Assembly (NCBI RefSeq): GCF_964355755.1 | Contig: NC_092677.1 | Span: forward strand, 9,260,101 to 9,324,100 | Source of the DNA: Antedon mediterranea | Taxonomy: Eukaryota; Animalia; Echinodermata | Length of the DNA stretch: 64,000 nt | Direction of reading: 5' to 3' | Shown: piece after piece, positions 42,101 to 52,613 of the stretch | How positions within the stretch are numbered: position 1 is the first letter of the stretch | Layout of the letters: each line of letters opens with the position of its first letter | Notes under the pieces: generated by a model | The model's input: only the letters and a program-made list of their open reading frames with translations | Database searches by the model: none | Told to the model about the DNA's origin: nothing | Translations under genes and position numbers: made by a program

Positions 42101-45100
42101 TAATCTAACATGAACTATTACTACCTAATGGTGGCATGGTTGCAGTGAGTGTATATGATAATGTTGATTTCATCTACACAGGTTGAACTAAAAGAAATTG
42201 AATCGTTAAAAATAAAGAATGAAGAATACGAAAATAAATGCCATCAACTACAAATGGAACTGGACGAAACTAATGAACGGTAAAGTTATTTCGTTTTATA
42301 TAATAAACTAAATATTTGCTTGTACAGTATTAATAATATTAATTTAATAAGTTTCAAAATTCTGTTTGTAGGTTGATGGAAATTAGACACTTATCAGAGG
42401 AATTACGAAGTCAGGCAGATCGTGCTAATTATGGATTTGACAGTTCAAACAAGATTAAGGATGAGGTTATTGAAGAGAAATTTGGGCTCTTGAAAGAGTA
42501 AGTGCTGTAAATGCTAGTGTTTTCCACCTCTTGTGTACTGTATGTAAAATAGGAACTGTGGAGTGGAGAATCCCACTTGGACATCTTGTCAGGTGATTAG
42601 ACTGCATGCTAAAAAATTGACTTAGTTATTTTTTATTTTAGAATTGCTGAAATGAAAGAAGTGTTAAACGAAGTTGAAGAAAGTAAAAAACAAATTGCAG
42701 GAGAATTAGAGAGGTAAGAGATGTATACAAATATTTCCTGGGCTTTCATTGTTTTATATACCGTACCACGCAATTTGGCAGTAGGCTAGGAATGAATACA
42801 TAGATTTGATTGGAGTAGGCTTAGCTCCTAGTGGCAGAAAAAAGGCCTGCATTTGATAATATGTAGCTTCAAGATATGTAATACTTTATTCCCAAAGTAT
42901 ACTTTATTTGTTTCTTCATATTTTTACTGGCCGCTAAATTTACTAAATGCTCTCTAAGTCAGCTTGCTACACAATCGTTGCGTCATACGTGTGGCTCTGA
43001 TTGTATTGAAGATAGAGGAAACAGACATCCACAGTTTAGCCGGTCTATAGTTCAAAGGCATGCCGGTATATAGTGTTTAATATACTGTAGATGTCTTTGT
43101 TGACACTACTGTTAGTGTAATTATTAAAAACACCTCAAAGCCTTCAACATTTGCTACAACAGAAGGACAAATAGCAAGTTTAATATGTTGTTAATACTGA
43201 CATTTCTATTTCCACTATAGAACCAGAGCATTGGAATGTACAGCATTCGAGAAGAAAGGGCAGCTGGAATCCAAACTGGAAGAAATAATGGAAGAAAAAT
43301 CTCGACTTGAACAGGTATGTGAATTTGTACCCAGTAACATTCATAGTTTCCATTTTGTTTATATAGTTATTGAGTACTTAAATATATCTGTACTTCATTT
43401 TTCTTTGAATGTGTTAATGATAATGCTATTATAATGAATTTAATTGCCATAAAAATAGGACAAATTCTTAAGCCTTATGTCCACTTCATATTTGTGGTCC
43501 GGAAGTAGTGTTTAGATATCTATATTTAGATACCTCCATTTCTTGATTTCTAAAAGAGAGCATTAAAACTAGTGTACCAATTAGCTAGTCGAGCAAATCA
43601 AGTATTTATTTATCAAGTACTTGCAGAAATATATTATTATTTATTGAAGTAATGCTTCCAAACCATAGGTGATTATCAGGTACAGAAATACATTTTTTAT
43701 TGAACTAATATTTTCAACCATAGGCCATTAAAAGGTTTTTACTGTTAGTCAGAAATAGAATATTTAGAGTACTAGTACTTCCAACAATAGGTTATTATCA
43801 GGTACAGAAATTAATTTTTGATTGAACTAATAGTTTCAACCATAGGCCATTAACAGGTCTTTACCATTAGTCAGAAATAGAATAATTATAGTACTAGTAC
43901 TTCCAACAATAGGTTATTATCGGGTACAGAAATGAATTATTTATTGAGCTGATATTTTCAACTATAGGCCATTATCTTGTCTAGTCAGAAATAGATTATT
44001 AAATCATATATGTTTTTATCAGGTAACATGTATATCGAATTAGTGCTTTCAACCAATTACTAGCTCTAGTCAGAAATAAAACATTTATAGTTCTAGTGAT
44101 ATTATATCGCGAGGTCTAGACATAAGTAGAAATAACTAGTACCTTAGATCACCCTTAGAATACCGCCGTAGAAGAACACTAGATACTTTCTCAACCATAG
44201 GTTATAGTCACTATTAGAATACTTTCGTCCAATATCATTTAATTAAAATATTCAGCAATAGGCCTACTTCCGGTACTTATTTGTGAATGGAATGTTTTGA
44301 CCTTTTTTGTAAATTATACACAGGATGTTGAGAAGACTAGGAAAAGCAATGAAGCCCTGAGGACAGAGAATACGAAGCTCGTAGGCCATCAAAACCTAAA
44401 GCAAAAAATTCAGCATCACATTCAGATTAAAAAAGAAAATAATCATCTGAGAGAGGTAATTGAACAATTGGAAATATAGTAGCACCCCTATTAAGGGGTG
44501 TAACTGCAGCCTACTTATAGGAGGCCCTCTAGAGTTCAGATAGATAAAAAGTAATAAGAGAGAATAAGGGCCTGTTTCTGCTGCAACTGCTCAAAATACG
44601 GTATAAAAATACGGTATAAAATACGGTATTTTTTATACCGTATTTTTTAGTACCCCGTTTCTGCTAACAATACTTCTTGGGTGGTCGTGTTAAATTTCAT
44701 CTTTTTTACCCAAATTGCCATTCATTTATTTGGTCGATAATTAAAAGTCGCAATAAAGGAAGTTTTACGTCTCACTTTCAACAGCCTAGCCCTAGTGATA
44801 GAGATGTTGTGAGAGCACAGAAAACATCGTAATGGGGACAATTAATTCATTCCCTCCCCGAGTTATTGTTTTTTGCAATGTTGTACTGCTTTCGCAGGCT
44901 CTTCAGCTTTGAGTTTACTTGCTTTGGAGAAAAGTCTATTCCATACTCCTGCTTTATTTTTTTAGAAATGTCTTTATAAATGTGGTTGTCCCTTTTATTA
45001 GTTGGCCAGACATTTTAGCTTCCCCACACACATTTATTTAGTAAAACTGTGACGTCTTCGCTCCACATTTTCGCCGAATATATCTATAGGCCTACACGTG

Positions 45101-48100
45101 TGTAAAGCAGCTGACAGCGACAGAAAATAAAAACACGAATGTTGACCTTTTGTCATGTAAAAAAAAAATACGGTATTTTTTATTGTCAGCAGAAACGGGT
45201 ACAAAAAATACGGTATAAATTTGTAAATACCGTATTTTATCCACAAATTTTGTGGGGAAAATACGGTATACAAAATACGGTATATTTTTTATGAGCGCAG
45301 TTTCTGCTGCCAAAAATATACCGTATATATACGGTATTCAAAAAATACCGTATAATATACGGTATTTAGTTGGCAGCAGAAACAGGGCCTAAGACATTTT
45401 TTATGACATAAAGTTTAGAGATAATCATTCTTAAAAGTATCTTTACCATAGGCTCCAATAAGGCTACAAGGTATTTACACATGGTTATTCATGTGATTGT
45501 AATTATAACTTATGACTTGTATTTTTAATTAGTTGAGTTTTACTTCATTGCTGAGAGCTAGCCCTAGGCTTTAGGGTATCATGTTCCCCAGCCCCATGAG
45601 TCAGACCTGTGCTTGTCTGCCTGTACGATGATGATATGATTAGGCCTACATTGTAATGCTAATCTTTGTTTTATTATAGTTTTCACGGTGTTTATTCAAG
45701 TTGCTAATGATACTGTAATTTGTAGAGATACAAGAGATAGTTCAGAGAATAAATAAAGGAACATCAGTATCTACAAAATTTGTAATTTATTTATAATGGA
45801 CGCCTACGGTAACAGTGAAAACTTAGCTGATGAAAACTCAATGAATCTAAGAGAACAGAGTTACAGACGCCCTACAGCTAAGGCCCTGTCAATTAGCATT
45901 GCTACTGAAGTAAAACTGTTGAGTCAAACTCGGAGAAAGGCTCAAGAAGCATCAAGTGAACTAGAGTAGAAGATGTTCCAAGCGACGAATTTGAGATACA
46001 AACTGCATTATGCAAAGCTAAAGCTGCATTAAAGGAATATAGTGATGCTTGGTGCGTATTGAATAAATTGTATGCACAAGATAGAGATGGTATTCATCGC
46101 GAAGATCACCTGGAGAATGAGAACATATATCTCACCATTGCCAACTCCATCCAAGCTAGTATAACAAGTGCTATGGATAAGGCACATGCATTAGCCCTTG
46201 AGTGTCAAGCCTCAAAATCTGCAGCATCAAAGAGTTCATGTCGATCTATTGTTAGCATTAAAGCTCAAGCCGTGGCGAATGCTGCTGCAGCCAACAAAAC
46301 TGCTCAATTTGTTGAAAAAATGGCTAAACAGAAAGCAGACCTTACAGCAAAGGAAGCTGAAATGGAAATTAAGAAAGCAGAAGCAAGGCTTGAAGAAATA
46401 AGGCGGGAAGCACAGCAAAGAACAGAACATGCCAAAGCCGAAGCAGAGTTCAAAGTTTTAGAGGCTAAACCAGCTGCAGCTGTAGAGAATGCACGAGTTG
46501 ATGCAATTCAACAGGAAATTCAGAACGGATATCGAGAAATTATGACCACCCCACACCAAACCTCAAATGATCATGCACTAAGGTTTCGCAACCTAACCAA
46601 ACCTCAACCTCTAATGACACAGACACAAGCAACAACAGCCCAACCAACAATGCCTCAAAATCAATCTAGCAGTACCACAGACTTAAACGCTTTAGCAGAA
46701 GCCTTTTCTTCAGCCTTCAGTATGAACCGCATACCAGCACCAGAGCCACCAATATTCTATGGCGATCCTCTTAAGTACTATGATTGGAACGCATCCTTTA
46801 GATGTTTAATCGAAAATAAAGGAATTTCTAAGGCAGACAGAATTCACTACCTTAAGAGATACATAGGAGGCCCAGCAAAGGAAGTTGTCAGTGGATACTT
46901 TCTGCTACCAGGTGAACATGCTTATGAAAACGCTAAAGCAGTTTTAGAAAAAAGATATGGAAATCCATTTATAGTTTCCGAAGCATTTAGAGACAAATTA
47001 GACAGCTGGCCAAGGATTCAAGCAAGAGATTACAATGGCCTTAGGCGACTCTCTGACTTTCTGAACCAATGCAACATAGCAATGAAGGAAATGAAAGGCT
47101 TGGAAGTTATTAATGACAGCAGAGAAAACCGGAAAATTCTTCAAAAATTACCAGATTGGTTAGTGAATAGATGGCGAAGAAACGCAGTGAGCGCTATGCA
47201 AATCAAGGGTAGTTATCCAACATTCAATGACTTTTCCACATTTTTGACGACCGAAGCTGAAATTGTTTGCGATCCTGTTACCTTAATACCAGAAAATGAA
47301 ACAAAATTCACAGAAAAAAGTTCAAGATATCGAAACCAATCTCAAACGCTAGCCACCAGTATCAGTGGAATGTCATCATGCTTCATGTGTAAAATGAATA
47401 ACCATCACCTAAGTGACTGCAGAGCGTTTGCCAGAAAACCTGAAACCGAAAAACAGCAATACATCAAGCAAAATGGTCTATGCTTCAGCTGCTTACAACA
47501 TGGCCATGTGTCAAGGAACTGTAACCAGAAAAGTATTTGTAAAATTTGCCAAAGGAGACATCCAACAAGTCTCCATGTAAAGGAGAGAGATTCAGCTCAC
47601 GAGATGACTGAAGCACAAATGCAGGTTATCAAGTTACAAGAGACTGTCACTAAGAAAGAGACACTATTGCAGGATTTAGCCACAAAGTATGCTAAGAAAA
47701 ATGATGAGTTAGCAGAAATTAAAGAAGAAAGAGATCTGGTTAAAAGGAAATCAGATGACGAACTTGCTTATATGAACAAACAACTTCAACAGGCTGTAGC
47801 GTCTAATCCACCTAACATTAGTGAACAATTGGCTTTACTACATGCAGAACTTGATGAGACTTATGGACAACAAATTGTTATGATTAAGTCACAGCTGCAG
47901 GAAAGACACCAGAATGAAATGCAAGAATTGAAAAAGAAATGCGAAGAAGATGCTGAAACTAATAACAAAATTAGAGATGCATTAGAACAGAATTTAAAGG
48001 AACTCCAAGACCAATTAGATGAGAAAGAGATGGACTTAGAGGCTTGTCAGAACATCCAAAAAGACTTTGAAGATCAAGTTGCACTTCTTAATAATCACAA

Positions 48101-49671
48101 CAAGGAACTAACAGAGAAAATGGAGAAAGAAGAAGATGTAACTTTGCAACTTCATCGAGAGCTTGATGAAGCTAACCAAGAAATACAGAAGAAAACTTCA
48201 GAGTTAGATGAAAGAGTTACCCAGTTTATTGATGAAAAAGAAAGATTGGAAAATGAATATCGGAAAAGGTTTGAAGATGAAAGTGCCCATCAAGAAGATA
48301 TCCATCGCATTGCATTAAACCAACAGCGTTCTGAAGTTGTTGCTGAAATTGATCGCAAAATGAAACCCAAAGTAGAAGAAGTTGAAGACCATTTCAAGGT
48401 TCAATTCTGTACTGAAAAATCGGACAAAGAGAACGAATTTGTTCAAGAATTCCAGAACATTCGACAGCAGTTAGCAGAATCTCATGCAGAAGAGATTGAA
48501 GCTGTTACAAAGAAAATCACAGATGAATTAACTGAAAAGCATGAGATTATGCTAGAGGAGGAAACGAAAAAGCTCTTCAAAGGAATAAATGATATATCTG
48601 AAGAGAAGGTATCGACGGAGCAGAATCGGAATAAAGATTGGATTGAAAATCAAGGAAAAGAATTAAAGGAACAAATTGTAAATATAAAAGTCGAGCTTCA
48701 ACAAGTGAACGAAAAGAATTCAAAAATACAAACTGTTAACTTATTCTTTATAGTTTTGGTAAATATTGTTAATATACTTCCAGTTTTGCATTGCTTGTGT
48801 TTATTCTGGCAAGGGTGGGAGTTAAGGTTAAATCATAGATGATTTGGGTGGGAGTGCAACTGCAGCCTACTTACGGGAGGCCCTCTAGAGTTCAGATAGA
48901 TAAAAAGTAATAAGAGAGAATAAGACATTTTTTATGACATAAAGTTTAAAGATAATCATTGTTAAAAGTATCTTTACCATAGGCTCCAATAAGGCTACAA
49001 GGTATTTACACATGGTTATTCATGTGATTGTAATTATAACTTATGACTTGTATTTTTAATTAGTGAGTTTTACTTCATTGCTGAGAGCTAGCCCTAGGCT
49101 TTAGGGTATCATGTTCCCCAGCCCCATGAGTCAGACCTGTGCTTGTCTGCCTGTACGATGATGATATGATTAGGCCTACATTGTAATGCTAATCTTTGTT
49201 TTATTATAGTTTTCACGGTGTTTATTCAAGTTGCTAATGATACTGTAATTTGTAGAGATACAAGAGATAGTTCAGAGAATAAATAAAGGAACATCAGTAT
49301 CTACAAAATTTGTAATTTATTTATGATGGACGCCTACGGTAACAAGGGGACACTTTTGGTACCCACAAAGTGTTCCTTTATTTGGGTGTCCACTAAATAG
49401 GAGTGTCCATAGACCATATTGACCACAATTTCAACATATATTTCCCTATATTTGTATCATGGGAAAGTGTCACTTGGGGTGTCCCAAATGAAATATACAC
49501 ATTTTGTTTTATTTCTCTTTTTGGAATGTTTACTTTTCTAACTGTACTTTTATTATTTTACAGGAAGTTGCAAGACTTAACGCCGAGCTCCTGAAGCAAG
49601 ACTTGTTAGACGGCTTCAAACGCAAACGACACTGCAGTCGTAGAGAAGAGCCAGAGTCACATTCGGCATGA
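27150..49671 (+). CDS. KIF15: Kinesin-12 motor KIF15, about 35 exons
   Basis: Start [25 protein letters not shown] (exons 27150-27165, 28511-28526, 28871-29042). Motor motifs [60 protein letters not shown] and DALGGNTK follow. KIF15-type stalk segments [17 protein letters not shown] and [13 protein letters not shown] and the HMMR-like tail [27 protein letters not shown] (44324-44455) are present. Last exon 49564-49671 reads [12 protein letters not shown]...SA*. Confidence 0.95.
27185..28400. repeat. CTAG/TAGGCCTA-rich low-complexity tracts in KIF15 intron 1, interrupted by a TIR element
   Basis: Dense taggcctag/gctagc palindromic words at about 27185-27386 and 28041-28400. Confidence 0.8.
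27387..28040. mobile_element. hAT-like non-autonomous element
   Basis: TIR CAGCCCACGAA(A)TT / AATTCGTGGGCTG with subterminal aggtcggca repeats; ctaggc on both flanks (possible 6-bp TSD, but the flanks are rich in that word). Confidence 0.7.
29762..30099. mobile_element. MITE with TAA TSD
   Basis: taa|TGTACTTGTCAATGGTATGACCC ... GGGTCATACAATTGACAAGTACA|taa. Confidence 0.8.
33536..33862. repeat. ~20-bp minisatellite, about 16 copies, at the start of a KIF15 intron
   Basis: Unit ttaaccaggttatagttttt. Confidence 0.95.
36091..36411. mobile_element. TA-flanked MITE (Tc1/mariner-like)
   Basis: ta|CCATATTTATTCGAA ... CAAATAAATACGG|ta. Confidence 0.65.
36680..37272. mobile_element. TTAA-flanked non-autonomous DNA transposon (Kolobok-like)
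   Basis: ttaa|AGCTCAGGTACAGGCA ... TGCCCGCACCTGTCCT|ttaa, an imperfect TIR. Confidence 0.6.
37590..38520. repeat. Tandem array of 77/85-bp units, about 11 copies
   Basis: gtgtcccaaa recurs at 37678, 37763, 37840, 37925, 38002, 38087, 38172, 38249, 38334 and 38419. Confidence 0.95.
39170..39410 (-). mobile_element. Deu/Nin-like SINE, degraded copy
   Basis: Minus-strand gttctggtggtagaac..ttctcggaaaagaacttaaaac is shared with the copy at 24330-24682; followed by ccagtgcatcttttggagtagtagg..ccccagtgtactgg. Confidence 0.5.
41902..42045. mobile_element. hAT-like MITE with 8-bp TSD
   Basis: atactctc|CAATGGCGTA ... TACGCCACTG|atattctc (TSD with one mismatch). Confidence 0.7.
43655..44040. repeat. 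~122-bp degenerate tandem repeat, about 3 copies
   Basis: ttccaa.cataggt.attatcaggtacagaaat...caaccataggccatta...agtcagaaatagaat recurs near 43658, 43781 and 43903. Confidence 0.75.
44499..45814 (+). repeat. 5' LTR, split by a MITE at 44568-45389
   Basis: tgtaactgcagcctac...gagagaataa [MITE] taagacatt...ggacgcctacggtaaca matches the 3' LTR. Confidence 0.95.
44568..45389. mobile_element. PIF/Harbinger-type MITE, TAA TSD, inserted in the 5' LTR
   Basis: taa|GGGCCTGTTTCTGCTGC ... GCAGCAGAAACAGGGCC|taa. The empty site is visible in the 3' LTR. Many atacggtat/ataccgtat subterminal repeats. Confidence 0.92.
45796..48842 (+). CDS. BEL/Pao Gag fused in frame to an AKAP9/pericentrin-like coiled-coil; one frameshift near 45965
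   Basis: The frame is open from 45960 to 48842. DUF1759-like [19 protein letters not shown] and three knuckles ([41 protein letters not shown]) are followed by about 400 aa of acidic coiled-coil containing [25 protein letters not shown] short upstream ORF from ATG 45796 stops at 45969 in another frame. Confidence 0.85.
48855..49344 (+). repeat. 3' LTR
   Basis: tgcaactgcagcc...cggtaaca followed by TSD agggg; contains AATAAATAAA near 49278. Confidence 0.95.
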
Positions 49672-50530
49672 ATAAAATGATGCCGATATAAATGTATAAT
49701 TATTTTAGTTTTGATACTGAATATAGCAATTAGTGATACAATTATGTTCCCTCACCTGTTTTCGCTTAGAAATTTAAGTTTGGTACGTTTGAAATAAACA
49801 ACAGTGGGTGATAATTTCTTTTAAAACTATGTAAGAGTAAAAAAATTGTATTAACCATAGAGATTATTTCTATATGTATTAACTGTTAATATTAGGACAT
49901 TTTAGTTTATTACACTGTATATATGATTCCCCTACGTGTACAAAACAATATAAGCATATTTCATACATTAGGAAGAGGTTAGACAAAGGGCATGGTTTAG
50001 TCTAGTTTCTAGACCGAAATTAGTAAAACGATGACTATTTTGGGACATATGGTGTTTGATACATAATACATGGGCTGACAAGCATTTGATCATAATCCAC
50101 ATCTAAAGATAGATATTAAATTATATACCCTTATTAATTATTAACTTCATCTTCAACTTCCTTTCATCATTTCTTTTTACATACAACAGATCAGATAATA
50201 CATCGCGTTGTGATTGATCCAATTACTTGTGCTGCACTTGCATCCAAATGGAAACCCAATCGTTGGGCTGCTAGTCTCATTATTTCCTACTAATCAATAA
50301 CATCTTCTCATTGGTCAGTCCATCATCTTTTGGCGCCTACTATCAGTTCATTATCATTATGACGTCATTACAGCATCTTTTGCTGTACCCCGAGTATCGT
50401 ACATTCGTGCTTGTTAATCTAGCATCCTTATTAATAGAGTATCTCCCAATTATGTGCCAATGCATGTAATCATGTCCAATTATTGTTATAAAGTAGGGTA
50501 GCAGGGAGTGACAACTGCTTAATCCTTTAA

Positions 50531-50876
50531 AGATGTATTGTCCCCCAAAATCATGAAAAATAAAGATTTTTAAAATCGGACTTTGAATAGGCCATTTTGC
50601 AGTTTTAATGAAGTTGTTCACTTCCATAATAAAAAAAAACGGGGGGAAAAATTATTTCACCTATAAAAAGACAAAATAAACAGTTAAATTACCCAAAAAC
50701 TCATTGTCTTCCAGACAATTTGACCATTTTTTGCTTTAAATTACATTTTTCTTAGGTAAATAAATTTTTTTCAGACCCAATTTTTTGTGAGAGTGAATAA
50801 CTATTATGTGAAATTAAAATAACATATTCAACAAAAAAATTTATAAAAAATATTTTTATAGGGGGACAATATATCT
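50531..50876. mobile_element. Kolobok-like MITE, TTAA TSD; same TIR as 10212-10763
   Basis: ttaa|AGATGTATTGTCCCCC ... GGGGGACAATATATCT|ttaa. Confidence 0.8.
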
Positions 50877-50974
50877 TTAAATAAAAAAAAAAGGCTTTTG
50901 AATTGTATATAGTGCTCAATTAAATGAAACTTATGCTCACTGGTTGCTTGTGTTTTCTCTAACTCATGTTTATA

Positions 50975-51650
50975 TACCATAGATTAACTTGTGTGTACTA
51001 GTGTATATATCCCATAGATGAACTTGTGTGTATACTTGTGTATATCCCATAAATGAACTTGTGTGTATACTTGTGTATATCCCATAAATGAACTTGTGTG
51101 TATACTTGTGTATATCCCATAGATGAACTTGTTGTATACTTGTGTATATCCCATAGATGAACTTGTGTGTACTACTGTATATCCCATAGATGAACTTGTG
51201 TGTACTAGTGTATATCCCATAAATGAACTTGTGTGTACTAGTGTACAGTATATACCATAGATTAACTTGTGTGTACTAGTGTATATACCATAGATTAACT
51301 TGTGTGTACTAGTGTATATCCCATAGATGAACTTGTGTGTACTAGTGTATATCCCATAGATGAACTTGTGTGTACTAGTGTATATCCCATAGATTAACTT
51401 GTGTGTACTAGTGTATATCCCATAGATGAACTTGTGTGTACTAGTGTATATCCCATAGATGAACTTGTGTGTACTAGTGTATATCCCATAGATGAACTTG
51501 TGTGTACTAGTGTATATCCCATAGATGAACTTGTGTGTACTAGTGTATATCCCATAGATGAACTTGTGTGTACTAGTGTATATCCCATAGATGAACTTGT
51601 GTTTACTGTATATCCCATAGATGAACTTGTGTGTACTAGTGTATATCCTA
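50975..51650. repeat. 33-bp minisatellite, about 20 copies
   Basis: Unit cccatagatgaacttgtgtgtactagtgtatat; explains the repetitive ORFs at 50984-51673. Confidence 0.97.
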
Positions 51651-52613
51651 TACAATACAATTTTCATATTTGATATTACTTCCCACGCTCTATTTCTTTG
51701 TGGATGCCCTATTGTCTTTCTTTTATTGCCAACACTACTAGAAATCTTAGATAGTCTGCGGATAACAGTACAGTATCACATCATGAATTCAACTGTATAC
51801 ATTAGTTAATACTGTACTATAGTACAAAATACACAATATTTTTTTTATTGGTTAGGTTTATTATATTAAAAGAAATTCCATTGCATTATAAACAAAACTG
51901 GCCCATGATTATATATCCAATTAAATTTCTTGTTTCTTATTATTGTTTACATTTTTAGCTGAGAAAAGCTAGCATTTATTTCATTCACACAACTCCATAA
52001 TCAATTTTACTTCCATAGTATAGAAAAAGATTGCCAGTGACGCTGGGTACTGTCAGATAGGTATTTGGTACCTTTTGCAACTTAAAAATAATAACAGAAA
52101 TAAGTACAGAAACACAACATTAATGAGACACATGTATAACAGCACCAGTTTACTATATCTCAATCACAAATCTGCTACCAATGGCTGGTTAGTAGAATTC
52201 GTCTTCTTCACACTTTGGATGAATATTAAACATTTTCAACCTGGAATAACCTTCATAGCACAATATTGACTACAAAAACAATGATTGACTATTTACACTG
52301 AATCTCATGAGCGTCTCTGTGTATCCATCTCTACATAGAGTTGCATATATACAGTAGGTGTACAAAATATTGATAGTAGACTAATTGCACAAGTTTCCAT
52401 GATAATGCAAACATTTTAACCTCTTCTGGGAGGAGCTGTTGTCTAGATTTGTATCACTAATCACGCATAAAGCTCTGTCTACACTATAAAACTTTGTGAT
52501 ATGCCCATATATGGGCATGATGATGTCATATCACTACTACCATATTTAGGTACATCACACTTTTTTGTCACATAAAGATAGTGTAGACAGAGCTTTAGTT
52601 GATGTTTGTTCTA

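Larger units (their letters stand above)
44499..49344 (+). mobile_element. Non-autonomous BEL/Pao LTR retrotransposon (gag plus captured coiled-coil, no pol) in the last KIF15 intron
   Basis: TG...CA LTRs at 44499-45814 (MITE-interrupted) and 48855-49344, about 490 bp each with roughly 7 differences counted by eye. 5-bp TSD AGGGG on both sides; purine-rich gggtgggag before the 3' LTR; BEL-type Gag inside. Confidence 0.95.

Noticed and set aside
47590-48730. Coiled-coil as a KIF15 exon or KIF15-derived duplication
   Set aside because: It lies between the LTRs, continues the Gag frame, and shows no visible match to the KIF15 exons in this window. KIF15 completes normally through 44455 to 49564.
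46059-48842. Env gene or domesticated host gag gene
   Set aside because: No signal peptide or fusion-protein cysteine pattern. Near-identical LTRs and an intact TSD indicate a recent insertion rather than old domestication.
50984-51673. 227-aa and overlapping repetitive ORFs (YGIYTSTHKFI)n
   Set aside because: By-products of a 33-bp minisatellite that is open in several frames on both strands; no splice or homology support.
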